DNA of 42,181 nt, from positions 1 through 42,181 of the IMG/VR virus record IMGVR_UViG_3300020043_002662. One strand, given 5' to 3'. Under the pieces are notes generated by a model. The model searched no databases and had not been told where the DNA came from. It saw nothing but the letters and a program-made list of their open reading frames with translations. The translations under genes were made by a program, and so were the position numbers. Positions 1 through 8,902 of the stretch are shown here, piece after piece (position 1 is the first letter of the stretch; each line of letters starts with the position of its first letter). The DNA comes from a virus (lineage: Duplodnaviria; Caudoviricetes).

Positions 1-245
1 ACAAAGGCGGCAATGTATCTCTGGAGTAGGAATGCAAAGAGGTTGAAATAAACATCATGGATAGAGACGGCAAGGCTGTAGCGGTTAATCTTGACTATGA
101 CGAAGTGCAGCGGTTAGCACTTACAATCGAGACATTACTACTAGCTATGAGGAACGCATAGGCTCAACTATAAGCCATTATCTCTAGTGGCTTATATGAT
201 GCGCCTAGCATCAACCAACCAACTAACCAACTAATAGGTGATGAT

Positions 246-788
246 ATGGATACTAAAAAATTAGAAGCACAGATTGATGCAGTAGTCAACGGTCGCAAAC
301 AATCGGCCAAGGCTGTGCAGGAAGTTTTAATTGATTTATTATTGCACACCTACAGGCACGGGAACTACCCTATCGTTAACCGACTGTTGACCGGTGTCAA
401 AAACACTAAGGACTATAAACCAGTTGCCAACTGGGTTGAAGCATTCATTCATCTTGAGATTGAGGATGGCGTAGCTACTGGCTGGAAAGGAGCGGAAGCA
501 ATAAAGGAAACTTATGCCACAGCCCGAACAACGGATTGGCAAACATTCAAACCTAAAAAAGAAGATAAACCGTTGGATGCTGGTAAGAGTCTAGCCAGCC
601 TGACTAAACGCATCACTGACGCGCTAAAAACTGGCGAAGAATTGCCAATCCCATATAAAGAGCTGGAAGCATTGTTAGAATGCTATGGCTTCACGGTTAA
701 GCTGCAAGCAGCCGAGGATTTACTAGCTGAAATTGTCGAGCAAGATAAAATGGAAGCTGCAGTCATGGGGGAATTGGAGGCAGCTTGA
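246..788 (+). CDS. early phage protein of unknown function
   Basis: 180-aa ORF with an AGGTGA RBS upstream, followed by an intrinsic terminator. Confidence 0.8.
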   Translation: MDTKKLEAQIDAVVNGRKQSAKAVQEVLIDLLLHTYRHGNYPIVNRLLTGVKNTKDYKPVANWVEAFIHLEIEDGVATGWKGAEAIKETYATARTTDWQTFKPKKEDKPLDAGKSLASLTKRITDALKTGEELPIPYKELEALLECYGFTVKLQAAEDLLAEIVEQDKMEAAVMGELEAA

Positions 789-806
789 CATGGGTTGGTA
801 GGTGTG

Positions 807-836
807 GGCTAGTCGGGAAACTGACTAGCCTTTTTT
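807..836 (+). terminator. Rho-independent terminator
   Basis: Stem GGCTAGTCGG, GAAA loop, stem CTGACTAGCC, then TTTTTT. Confidence 0.9.
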
Positions 837-846
837 GTGGGCTGTA

Positions 847-895
847 AAAACCTAGAACCTAAAACCTAAAACCTAAAACCTAAAACCTAAAATCT
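847..895 (+). repeat. heptamer tandem repeat (AAAACCT)x7
   Basis: aaaacct agaacct aaaacct aaaacct aaaacct aaaacct aaaatct. Confidence 0.9.
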
Positions 896-904
896 TTTTT
901 TTAG

Positions 905-945
905 CAATGCGATACGAGAGCTAGGAATAAGTGCTAGAAAATTTT
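905..945 (+). promoter_or_regulatory. candidate phage promoter/regulatory motif, copy 1
   Basis: 28/37 ungapped identity with the intergenic sequence at 6775-6811; both copies precede a GAGG RBS. Confidence 0.5.
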
Positions 946-957
946 AAGAGGTGTGCC

Positions 958-1077
958 ATGTTTACAATTTGTGAATGTTGTGGTTCTGCAAATAATCTGC
1001 TAGTCATTGACGGTGAATGCTTGTGCCTTGATTGCCTAGAAAACGGTGAGTCTGTAACTTGTAACGACGAGGAGTAA
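958..1077 (+). CDS. small Cys-rich (zinc-finger-like) protein, 39 aa
   Basis: Hand-translated MFTICECCGSANNLLVIDGECLCLDCLENGESVTCNDEE; GAGG RBS; two CxxC motifs; below the ORF-track cutoff. Confidence 0.7.
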   Translation: MFTICECCGSANNLLVIDGECLCLDCLENGESVTCNDEE

Positions 1078-1080
1078 GCT

Positions 1081-1281
1081 ATGAAAACTACTGACATGAT
1101 TCTAAGTGACTTAACCAACGACATGGTGGAAGACTTAATCTGGCGTTATGAGTTACAGATTAGACAAGCTACTAGACGAATGGAAGAAGCACAGACGATT
1201 GTAGAGAGCAAGCAAGCCCTACGCTTTGGCTTACAAGCTAAAACTAAGTTACTAACTCTTAGACGAGTGAGAGCTGCTTAA
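1081..1281 (+). CDS. hypothetical protein
   Basis: 66-aa ORF with GAGGAG RBS, directly after the previous small ORF. Confidence 0.75.
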   Translation: MKTTDMILSDLTNDMVEDLIWRYELQIRQATRRMEEAQTIVESKQALRFGLQAKTKLLTLRRVRAA

Positions 1282-1609
1282 CTAGCTTATAGTTAGTTAT
1301 AAGCTAGCTTACATAATGGCTTATTGAAAGGAAGTGTAGTAGTTTTTCAATAAGCACTAGCCTGTGACTAGCTTAATACTTATTAAGTATGCTAATATAC
1401 TTGTTTAGAGCATACTTTTCCTTTCTTTTCTTCTTCCTTTCGTAAACTTTTGTAACTAGCAGTGGTGTGAACCATAGGCTGGCTTGTCTGTGCCTGTGGA
1501 ATGTGCATAGAAGCTCCTGTAAGGTTCTGTAAGAGCTTTTGTGTAGCTAGGCTAGGCGAAGGTATATGGGTGGGCTTAGAAACGCTTAGAGAGCGTTGTA
1601 GGAGGTTTT

Positions 1610-1810
1610 ATGAGTGAGTTGCAATGGTTGGCTAGTGCCTACCACATAATCTTATTATCTGCTATGCTAGGAGCTATACTAGCTTATGAGAAGTCGGCTA
1701 GTTGGCCTTTCAACTTAGCTTTAGTGCCTGTTGGTGGATTGATTGGGACTATTGCTGGTGGGCTGATTGCTGCCTGTATGTTATCTATTAGAGTTTTATT
1801 TGGGTGGTGA
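1610..1810 (+). CDS. small membrane protein
   Basis: AGGAGG RBS; two hydrophobic segments. Confidence 0.7.
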   Translation: MSELQWLASAYHIILLSAMLGAILAYEKSASWPFNLALVPVGGLIGTIAGGLIAACMLSIRVLFGW

Positions 1811-1815
1811 TTGCT

Positions 1816-1962
1816 ATGGAAGATATGGAGATTATTAGTGTTAAGTGGGCGAAAGATGGTGGTGGAACTGTTCACGCTTTTCTACTTTGTAGCAATGGGA
1901 AGTGGTATTTAACTAAAGAATTAGAGATAGTTGGAGGTTGCCGTGTACGAGAAAGAACTTAG
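1816..1962 (+). CDS. small hypothetical protein, 48 aa
   Basis: Hand-translated MEDMEIISVKWAKDGGGTVHAFLLCSNGKWYLTKELEIVGGCRVRERT; fills the gap between neighbouring genes; GGTG RBS. Confidence 0.55.
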   Translation: MEDMEIISVKWAKDGGGTVHAFLLCSNGKWYLTKELEIVGGCRVRERT

Positions 1963-2752
1963 TGAGGTTCATGAACTCAGCCGTTTTGTATCACACAACC
2001 AAACCTGCTATATTGTGTATAACAATGACAGGAAGGTGTACTCACATTACTTTGTGTGTTATGGGAAGCTAAAATCGGTATACGAGATTAACACGCACAT
2101 TGCCTTGAGTCTACAGAGAACTGGGTGGGATGGTACATACCAAAACTGGGAAGATTGGGTTAGAATGGTACTAACTAAGACTCACTTCCGTGACATACTG
2201 TTAACAACAGATGTTGAGAAGGTCATAAGAGATAAAGCATTAGTTGTCAAAACTAATGTTCCTAGCTGTGAATTGCTGTACAACCTAATCTTGCTAAGAG
2301 CTTACATTGAAAGACCATACTCATGCCAAGTAATTCTTGACCTTATTGAGCATGGTGTTGAACCAATGGTAGCCATTGCTTGTGGAAGTTTTTACAGGTA
2401 TAGTGGGGATAAGCTTTGTCTCGATAAGCTTTTCCATGACCAGCAGATTGTCCATAGTGACGTAACTGTAGGTTGGGTGAAGAACTTATTGAGTAACGAG
2501 CATGTAAAGTGTACTAAATACTCTGACACAGGCTCTTACTCGATAGTGATGGGTTATTGGGACTACAACAGAAGGAAAGCAGGTTTAAAAACTACCCTGC
2601 TAACGGTACTACAGAGTGTCGAAAGTGGCCGTGTGGGTGGTTGGTATGAAAGTCCTTTCCCTGCGGTACGGAATGTTGTGCCGATTTTGTATGATTTTAA
2701 TTCGGTGGTAGCTAAAGTTAAGGAGGTAGAAAGTGTTTGTAATCCTGCATAG
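1943..2752 (+). CDS. hypothetical protein at the head of the peptide-ligase cluster
   Basis: Long ORF; GTG start at 1943 chosen from the GGAGG RBS at 1933. Confidence 0.75.
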   Translation: MYEKELSEVHELSRFVSHNQTCYIVYNNDRKVYSHYFVCYGKLKSVYEINTHIALSLQRTGWDGTYQNWEDWVRMVLTKTHFRDILLTTDVEKVIRDKALVVKTNVPSCELLYNLILLRAYIERPYSCQVILDLIEHGVEPMVAIACGSFYRYSGDKLCLDKLFHDQQIVHSDVTVGWVKNLLSNEHVKCTKYSDTGSYSIVMGYWDYNRRKAGLKTTLLTVLQSVESGRVGGWYESPFPAVRNVVPILYDFNSVVAKVKEVESVCNPA

Positions 2753-3431
2753 TGTTACGGGTAAGAGTGCTAAGGCATTGTCTGAGTCGATGAATAAAGC
2801 AGGTTTACCCTGCAAGGTTCAAAGACCATACAAAGATGGTTATATTGGTGAGGATGGTGTTAAGTATATTAACCTTGGGTGTAGTAAGTTTATGCAATCA
2901 GGTGAATATGTATTGAACACACCACAAAGTGTATTGAATTGCGTGGATAAGCGAACAACATTCAAGTTGTTATCTGACATACCAACACCTAGATGGTGTG
3001 ATAAGTGGGAAGATATTGGCGAGGATTGGGCTGGTGTAGTGGCTAGAGACATTGTTGGGGGTAATAATGGCGATGGACTTGAATACTACGACACCAAGGA
3101 GCAGGCGCCAAAAGGTCTTGAGTTGTACACAGAGACGCGCTACTGGAGTAGTGAGTTTCGTGTGATTGTATCCTTAGGTGGAGTGTTTGTCTACAAGAAG
3201 CTTCGTGACAAGGGTGGTGCTTGGGTATTTAACAAGCAAGTTAACAAAGAGTATGGTAAGATTGTAAAAACTTGCGTTGAAGCTGCTAGTAGGTTGGGTG
3301 TTGAGCATGCTGGGTTTGATGTACTAGCTCACAACCGCAACAAGTTCGTTGTTTTGGAAGCTAATAGCGGGTCTATACTACCAGAAGAAGTTATTAAACA
3401 CATGGTTAGGAAGTTTAGGGGGTTGTTCTAA
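2733..3431 (+). CDS. ATP-grasp (RimK-like) ligase
   Basis: N..DKRTTF..L..IPTP, EFRV and AGFDVL...VLEANS motifs. Confidence 0.8.
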   Translation: MFVILHSVTGKSAKALSESMNKAGLPCKVQRPYKDGYIGEDGVKYINLGCSKFMQSGEYVLNTPQSVLNCVDKRTTFKLLSDIPTPRWCDKWEDIGEDWAGVVARDIVGGNNGDGLEYYDTKEQAPKGLELYTETRYWSSEFRVIVSLGGVFVYKKLRDKGGAWVFNKQVNKEYGKIVKTCVEAASRLGVEHAGFDVLAHNRNKFVVLEANSGSILPEEVIKHMVRKFRGLF

Positions 3432-4645
3432 TGTGTGGTATTGTTGGTGTAATTGGTGATGTTGGTGCAGCGGAGGCTAAGGTTTTTGAAACTTTGCTTA
3501 AGCTTGACGCCATTAGAGGGTTTGACAGTACAGGTGTTGTTTGCATAGATGGTGAAGGTAACACTGCCATACATAAAATAATGGGAGTACCACATGAGTG
3601 GTTGCGCAGTGAAGATTGGAGTAGCTTCAAGAAACCTAAGATGCGACTGTTGCTAGGTCATAATCGGTACGCGACTCAGGGGGTGGTCGACCTTAAGAAT
3701 GCCCACCCATTTGTACACAACAAGATTGTTGGTGTGCATAACGGCACACTTATCAACCGAAAACAGTTGCTAGATAGTGGGAAATTTGAGGTAGATAGTG
3801 ATAATATCTATCACCACATTAGTAAGAAAGGTTTGAAAGATTTTGTAGATAATAGTTCAAACGGTAGTTATTGCCTAGCTTGGGTTGATGGTCACACGAA
3901 GACCTTCAACATGCTAAGAAACTACCAAAGACCAATGTATATGGCTAGAGGTCTTGGTAAGTCTTGTACATTCTTTGCCTCTGAAGAATGGATGCTTGAG
4001 GTTGCCTTCGCTAAGAATTCGTACATTGGCGATGCACCTGCTGAGTTAGAAACTAATAAGTTATACCAAATCAAACTCGATGGAGTGGGTTTGGTCAATG
4101 GTGATTCACATGGACAAGAGTTTAAGTACACTTACAATTACACAAAACCACGAGCTGTAACTTTTAACACAACAACTGTTGTAGGGAAGCTTAGAAGTTT
4201 TTTCTACGCTGGCGAGGTGAAGAGTCAGCGTGGTGATTTTCTCTTCACCAATGGTAGTTGTAATGGTGCAACTGTTCGCGTAGTTTTTAAGGGCGAACAT
4301 TCATTAAAGCGTAAGCTACTGAGTAGCAGCGCTACAACCGAATTTACTGGGTCTGTACTCCACATGATGAGGGTGAATGGTGTTAGTGTACCAGTTATTG
4401 ATGGAGAAAGTATTGAAGCTAAACCGAAAGTTAGTGTGACTAAAATGGTTAGTGGTTTCCTAATGACAGAGCTGGAGTTCAACAGAGCTATCAGTGGTGG
4501 TTGTGCTTGGTGTACAGGCTATTGTGACTTTAACAAGCACAGCCACTTAGTTTTGTTTGACCAAGACAGGAAAGACTTCTTGTGTCATACCTGTAATACA
4601 AAAGAAAACCGTAAATTTTTTATTGCTAATGAGGAATGGGTATGA
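3431..4645 (+). CDS. class II (Ntn) glutamine amidotransferase with C-terminal Cys cluster
   Basis: N-terminal MCGIVG, RGFDSTG, GHNRYAT, NAHPF, HNGTL and DSD motifs; C-terminal CxxC...CxxC. Confidence 0.9.
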   Translation: MCGIVGVIGDVGAAEAKVFETLLKLDAIRGFDSTGVVCIDGEGNTAIHKIMGVPHEWLRSEDWSSFKKPKMRLLLGHNRYATQGVVDLKNAHPFVHNKIVGVHNGTLINRKQLLDSGKFEVDSDNIYHHISKKGLKDFVDNSSNGSYCLAWVDGHTKTFNMLRNYQRPMYMARGLGKSCTFFASEEWMLEVAFAKNSYIGDAPAELETNKLYQIKLDGVGLVNGDSHGQEFKYTYNYTKPRAVTFNTTTVVGKLRSFFYAGEVKSQRGDFLFTNGSCNGATVRVVFKGEHSLKRKLLSSSATTEFTGSVLHMMRVNGVSVPVIDGESIEAKPKVSVTKMVSGFLMTELEFNRAISGGCAWCTGYCDFNKHSHLVLFDQDRKDFLCHTCNTKENRKFFIANEEWV

Positions 4646-5472
4646 AAACTAAACTGAAACTTGGTTGTGACCCTGAAGTTTTCCTTCGTAAGAAGGGTCG
4701 TAAGACTTTCACCAGCGCTGTGGGGTTTAGTACAGGGACTAAGGAAGCACCTCAAAAACTTAAAAAAGGTGGTTTACAAGTAGATGGAATGGCTTTGGAA
4801 TTTAATATAAAGCCAGCGACGACTAAAGACGCTTGGGTTGGTAATATAAAATCTGTAATGGATGAGATGAAAGAGTGGACAGGTTCTTACGATGTGGTAG
4901 CAACACCAACTGCACACTTCACCAAGAAGCACATGGAGGCACAACCAGAGTGTGCAACTGAGCTTGGGTGTAACCCAGACTTTAATGCTTGGCGTGATTC
5001 AAGGGCGAACCCAACCCCTAATGCAACTAATGTGAACTTCCGTACTGGTGCAGGTCATATACACTTTGGTTGGTGTGAGGGTGTAGACCCACACCATCCA
5101 TTACACTTAGCCACTTGCGAACTCTTAGTTAAGAGTTTAGATGTAACACTAGGCTTTCTATGTACTAAGTTTGACAACGATGTTTTGCGCTCAAGTTTAT
5201 ATGGGAAGCCAGGAGCCTACCGACCAAAGTCCTACGGTTGTGAGTATAGAGTGCCAAGTAATGCTTGGCTTCGTGACGAGGCAACTATAGCTTGGGTGTA
5301 TGATGTATGCAAAAGAGTGTTTCAGTTACTTTGTAGAGGTTATAGACTCAGTGGCAGCTTCAATGAATACGATGTTAATTATGTGTTTTCAAACAGAAAC
5401 ATATATAGTGATAGACACAGAAGGATGGAGTCTATTGTAAGAAAGTACAGCATACCACAACCACCATTGTAG
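4636..5472 (+). CDS. phage COOH-NH2 ligase type 2
   Basis: LGCDPEVF, DGMALEFN, GCNPDFNAW, RTGAGHIH and GAYRPKSYGCEYR motifs. Confidence 0.9.
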   Translation: MGMKTKLKLGCDPEVFLRKKGRKTFTSAVGFSTGTKEAPQKLKKGGLQVDGMALEFNIKPATTKDAWVGNIKSVMDEMKEWTGSYDVVATPTAHFTKKHMEAQPECATELGCNPDFNAWRDSRANPTPNATNVNFRTGAGHIHFGWCEGVDPHHPLHLATCELLVKSLDVTLGFLCTKFDNDVLRSSLYGKPGAYRPKSYGCEYRVPSNAWLRDEATIAWVYDVCKRVFQLLCRGYRLSGSFNEYDVNYVFSNRNIYSDRHRRMESIVRKYSIPQPPL

Positions 5473-5480
5473 AGGTCTTT

Positions 5481-5999
5481 ATGTATGATTGTTCGGATTA
5501 TGCATACAGGGATTTGTGCAACTCATTCATGTGGGTTAACAACTCTGTGTTGTTTATATGCGAAGTTAGTGAGGGATTCATGGCGACTGGTGTTAACAAG
5601 GATGGGGAGTTTGTTGATTTTAATGTTAACAATGTTTTACTAAGGACACCCACTGTTGGTTATACCATAGGTCGTTATGGGTATTATGAGTATTTAGTAA
5701 GGTTGAATAGAGTGCGTGGATGTTATAAGCGTGGTGTTTGCGCACACAACACTCCTGGACTACATGAATCAAACCGAGCATTGGTGTGTGAATCCTTAGA
5801 AAATACACCTATAACTAAGGACTACTTGGTTGAAGCACTACAAACTAGGGATTGTGTGGTTGGTGGTGTGTTCTTAGTTAAGATGGATGGCACAGTACAC
5901 TACAAAGGGTGCGCTGTTGGTGTGTTTATAGAAGGTTCTTTCAAAATGAAGCGTGGTAAGAAATATCTGAAAGATTTAATTGAGGGTTTGCTGCTATGA
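5481..5999 (+). CDS. hypothetical protein
   Basis: 172-aa ORF with GAGG RBS, coupled to the next gene. Confidence 0.75.
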   Translation: MYDCSDYAYRDLCNSFMWVNNSVLFICEVSEGFMATGVNKDGEFVDFNVNNVLLRTPTVGYTIGRYGYYEYLVRLNRVRGCYKRGVCAHNTPGLHESNRALVCESLENTPITKDYLVEALQTRDCVVGGVFLVKMDGTVHYKGCAVGVFIEGSFKMKRGKKYLKDLIEGLLL

Positions 6000-6772
6000 G
6001 TGGTTTAGTTTGTATAAAAACAACTTGTAAAAAACAAACATTTGGTGTTGAGGTGGAGGTGGAGGGTCATAACATAGACAGTGTATATTGCTCTTTCTGG
6101 GATAAGGTTGTTGACCACTCACTAAGGGGTGAAAGTTGTGAGTTTGTACTCAAAGAAGCTAGTAGTATGTCCTACGCTAGTCGGGCTATACAGGCATTGA
6201 AAGAGCAATTAGTTAATGGCACTGCCTTACCATCCATAAGAACATCAGTCCACATTCATTTGAATGTCCAGCACATGACTTACTTGCAGATTATGAACAT
6301 CATTACAGTGTACTTTGCACTTGAAAATGTGTTTATGAGCTGGTGTGGTGTAAAGAGGGAGGGTAATCCGTTTTGCCTACGCAACCAAGATTCCGAGGAG
6401 CAGTTACTAACACTTATCAGTAGTGCTAAGTCTCGTAACTTTAATAGATTGGAAAATGGCTTTAATCGTTATGCAAGTTTGAATTTGCAAGCCATCTTCT
6501 CTAAAGGTTCCTTAGAGTTTAGGGGTATGCCATTACCTACAGATTTAGATGACATACTAATTGGTATGGATGTCGTTCGTCGTATCAAAAAGTTTGCTAG
6601 GAAGTTTAAGAACCCAAAGGAGGTTGCTAAACAGTTAGCTAAAGGTCATGTACAATTCGCTAAGGATGCGTTTGGTGTGCATTACGACACATTTGATAAC
6701 GGTCAGGTTGAACAGAATATGGCTACATGTAGTGTGTTTGTTAACGACTTAGCTTATTGTAGGGTATGGTAG
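5996..6772 (+). CDS. putative amidoligase (Amidoligase_2-like)
   Basis: FGVEVEVE, DxSLR..CEF, RTSVHIHLN, RYASLN and GSLEFR motifs. Confidence 0.85.
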   Translation: MSGLVCIKTTCKKQTFGVEVEVEGHNIDSVYCSFWDKVVDHSLRGESCEFVLKEASSMSYASRAIQALKEQLVNGTALPSIRTSVHIHLNVQHMTYLQIMNIITVYFALENVFMSWCGVKREGNPFCLRNQDSEEQLLTLISSAKSRNFNRLENGFNRYASLNLQAIFSKGSLEFRGMPLPTDLDDILIGMDVVRRIKKFARKFKNPKEVAKQLAKGHVQFAKDAFGVHYDTFDNGQVEQNMATCSVFVNDLAYCRVW

Positions 6773-6774
6773 CC

Positions 6775-6816
6775 CAATGTGATGCTAGAGCCGGTAATTT
6801 TTGCTAGAAAAATTTT
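6775..6816 (+). promoter_or_regulatory. candidate phage promoter/regulatory motif, copy 2
   Basis: Degenerate repeat of 905-945 (CAATGyGATrCkAGAGC...AAT...TGCTAGAAAA-TTTT) in an intergenic gap. Confidence 0.5.
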
Positions 6817-6839
6817 CAACCAATTAGAGGTTTTGTTAT

Positions 6840-7184
6840 ATGAATAGTTGTTTCTTCTATGGTACTTTGAAGCGTGGTCACTATAATAATGAGCGTTTTT
6901 CAGGCAAGCTTAAGTTTGTTTGTACTGGCTTTGTGCATGGCCACACCCTAGTTAGTCAGAATGCTTGCTACCCACATGCCATTGAGTTGCCAGGCGGGGT
7001 TGTTACAGGTGAAGTATTTGACCTAGATGATGCCACCCTAGCTAGTATTAACTCAATGGAGTTTGGTGCTGGTTACAAGATTAAGAGTGTCTGTGTAAGA
7101 ACTGAGCATGGCTTTATTGAGTGCTTAATGTACTACTCAGACGACCAAGAGTTGAAAAACTTACCAACATATAGTACGTTTTGA
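6840..7184 (+). CDS. gamma-glutamylcyclotransferase (AIG2/GGCT-like)
   Basis: FFYGTLKRG N-terminal motif, V.GEVF and a catalytic-type Glu in SMEFG. Confidence 0.85.
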   Translation: MNSCFFYGTLKRGHYNNERFSGKLKFVCTGFVHGHTLVSQNACYPHAIELPGGVVTGEVFDLDDATLASINSMEFGAGYKIKSVCVRTEHGFIECLMYYSDDQELKNLPTYSTF

Positions 7185-7185
7185 G

Positions 7186-7629
7186 GTGATTATGTTGAAA
7201 GTTAAAAAATTAGTTGACAAAGCTGTTGTTCCAGAGTATGCTACTCCAGGTGCAGCAGGTATGGACTTAGTTGCTACCAGTGTTGATTATAAAGTTAGTG
7301 GTACTTACGATGTGATACAGTATGTAGAGTATGGAACAGGACTAGCTTTTGAAATACCAGAAGGTTATGTTGGGTTACTGTTTCCACGGTCAAGTGTAAG
7401 CAACACTGATTTAATGCTAGCTAATAGTGTTGGTGTTATAGACTCTGACTATCGTGGGGAGGTGAAGCTTCGCTTTCGTGAGGTTGGTGTTTTAGGTTCA
7501 ATTTATAAGGTTGGTGACCGTGTAGGTCAAATTGTGTTTGTACCATCCATAAACTTACCTGTAACTGTTGTGGGTACACTGAGTGACAGCGCTCGTGGTG
7601 AAGGTGGGTTTGGTAGCACAGGGGCTTGA
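7186..7629 (+). CDS. dut: trimeric dUTPase
   Basis: AGMDL, PRSS, GVIDSDYRGE and RGEGGFGSTG motifs. Confidence 0.97.
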   Translation: MIMLKVKKLVDKAVVPEYATPGAAGMDLVATSVDYKVSGTYDVIQYVEYGTGLAFEIPEGYVGLLFPRSSVSNTDLMLANSVGVIDSDYRGEVKLRFREVGVLGSIYKVGDRVGQIVFVPSINLPVTVVGTLSDSARGEGGFGSTGA

Positions 7630-8474
7630 CGATGCAAACATACTTAGATTTGCTACAAGATGTAATGGATAATGGTGAGTATTTACAGAACAGGACTGGT
7701 GTTGCCGCTAAGTCAGTGTTTGGCAGACAACTTCGGTTTGACTTGTCGGAAGGCTTTCCTGCTGTAACGACTAAGAAGCTTGCTTTTCATGCTGTTAAAA
7801 GTGAGTTGCTGTGGATGCTGAGTGGTTCTTCTTGTGTAGATGATTTACGAGCTATACAATATGGCGAAGATAATCGCTATAACCCTGACAAACGAACTGT
7901 GTGGGACGATAACTACGAAGTGCAAGGTAGGGCATTAGGTTATACTGACGGGCAGCTAGGGCCTGTATACGGCGCACAATGGCGTGGTAGAGCAAACCAC
8001 TTCACTGACCAGATTAGTGCAGCTATTGAACAAATCAAGTCTGGGTCAAACTCTCGTAGAATTATAGTGAGTAGTTGGGATGTTGCTAGTATTGACAGAA
8101 TGGCACTGCCACCATGCCACTTAATGTTCCAATTTAAAGTGGTAAGGAATAAGCTATGTTGCCTAGTATATTTACGCTCCAATGATTTGTTCTTAGGTGC
8201 GCCTTTTAACATTGCGTCATACGCACTACTCACTCACATGGTTGCTCAAGTGTGTGAGTTAGAGGTTGGTGAGCTTATTTACACAATAGGGGATGCCCAC
8301 ATTTATGAAAACCATTTTGAAGTGGTTGAGAGGCAACTTAGTCGCACTCCACTAAACAAGCCTAAGTTAATGTTAAATGGTGTGGTTGATTGTATTGATG
8401 ATTTCGTGGTGGAAGATATTAATTTAGTCCACTATGATTCTTATGGTGTGTTAAGTGCTAGTATGGTGGTGTAG
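7626..8474 (+). CDS. thyA: thymidylate synthase
   Basis: RTG, FPAVTTKK, LGPVYGAQWR, MALPPCH, RSNDLFLGAPFNIASY and GDAHIYENH motifs. Confidence 0.97.
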   Translation: MTMQTYLDLLQDVMDNGEYLQNRTGVAAKSVFGRQLRFDLSEGFPAVTTKKLAFHAVKSELLWMLSGSSCVDDLRAIQYGEDNRYNPDKRTVWDDNYEVQGRALGYTDGQLGPVYGAQWRGRANHFTDQISAAIEQIKSGSNSRRIIVSSWDVASIDRMALPPCHLMFQFKVVRNKLCCLVYLRSNDLFLGAPFNIASYALLTHMVAQVCELEVGELIYTIGDAHIYENHFEVVERQLSRTPLNKPKLMLNGVVDCIDDFVVEDINLVHYDSYGVLSASMVV

Positions 8475-8548
8475 CTGAGGGGCGAGAGATGAGCGAAGCG
8501 AAGAACGAGTCCAGTGGCGAAACCACGACCTCTAACAAATTGTTATGT
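8473..8548 (-). repeat. truncated attC (distal; R' lost at the thyA stop)
   Basis: Minus strand ACATAAC-aattt-GTTAGAGG...CCTCAGC, then thyA sequence where GTTRRRY is expected. Confidence 0.7.
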
Positions 8549-8794
8549 TGCCCATTTTGCGGGCATAAGCCAGACATGAGTGATGGCGATACGTTGTACC
8601 CTGCTGGGATTTACTGGGTAAAAGACGACTCTATTGGCCGAGCGTATATTGGAAGACAGCATGATCGTTTTGCAGAAAACCCAACAGAGTGTTGGAAAAT
8701 GAATTGTGTTGAGATTGCTGGTGGATGTGGGGCGAGCATAATCGGTGACAGCAAAGAAGATGCTGTTGCTAGGTGGCAACGCAGGGCAACCTAA
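8489..8794 (+). CDS. cassette gene: Lar-like (restriction alleviation family) zinc-finger protein
   Basis: CPFCG...C..GGCGA...SKEDAVARWQRR pattern typical of the Lar family; its stop TAA is the TTA of the core site. Confidence 0.7.
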   Translation: MSEAKNESSGETTTSNKLLCCPFCGHKPDMSDGDTLYPAGIYWVKDDSIGRAYIGRQHDRFAENPTECWKMNCVEIAGGCGASIIGDSKEDAVARWQRRAT

Positions 8795-8878
8795 CGCCTG
8801 AGTTAAGCCGCGCTGCCACGCGGAAACTGAAATACAGAACCGCTACGTGGCAGCGGCGGCTCGAACGATTTATTAGGG
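8789..8878 (-). repeat. attC site (90 bp)
   Basis: Minus strand CCCTAAT-aaatc-GTTCGAGC...GCTTAAC-tcaggc-GTTAGGT; stem GCTGCCACG/CGTGGCAGC; R'' has AAT instead of AAC. Confidence 0.85.
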
Positions 8879-8902
8879 CGCAAACGCCCGGAGGAGAAAA
8901 CT

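Noticed and set aside
3-161. In-frame TAG in a possible edge ORF (KGGNVSLE*ECKEVEINIMDRDG...) as evidence of amber recoding
   Set aside because: TAG terminates clearly full-length genes (thyA, RNR, TerL) and long genes are uninterrupted; more likely a short ORF from ATG 57 or a point mutation
786-815. TTGACA as a sigma70 -35 box
   Set aside because: No -10 hexamer at the right spacing, and the position falls in the terminator stem
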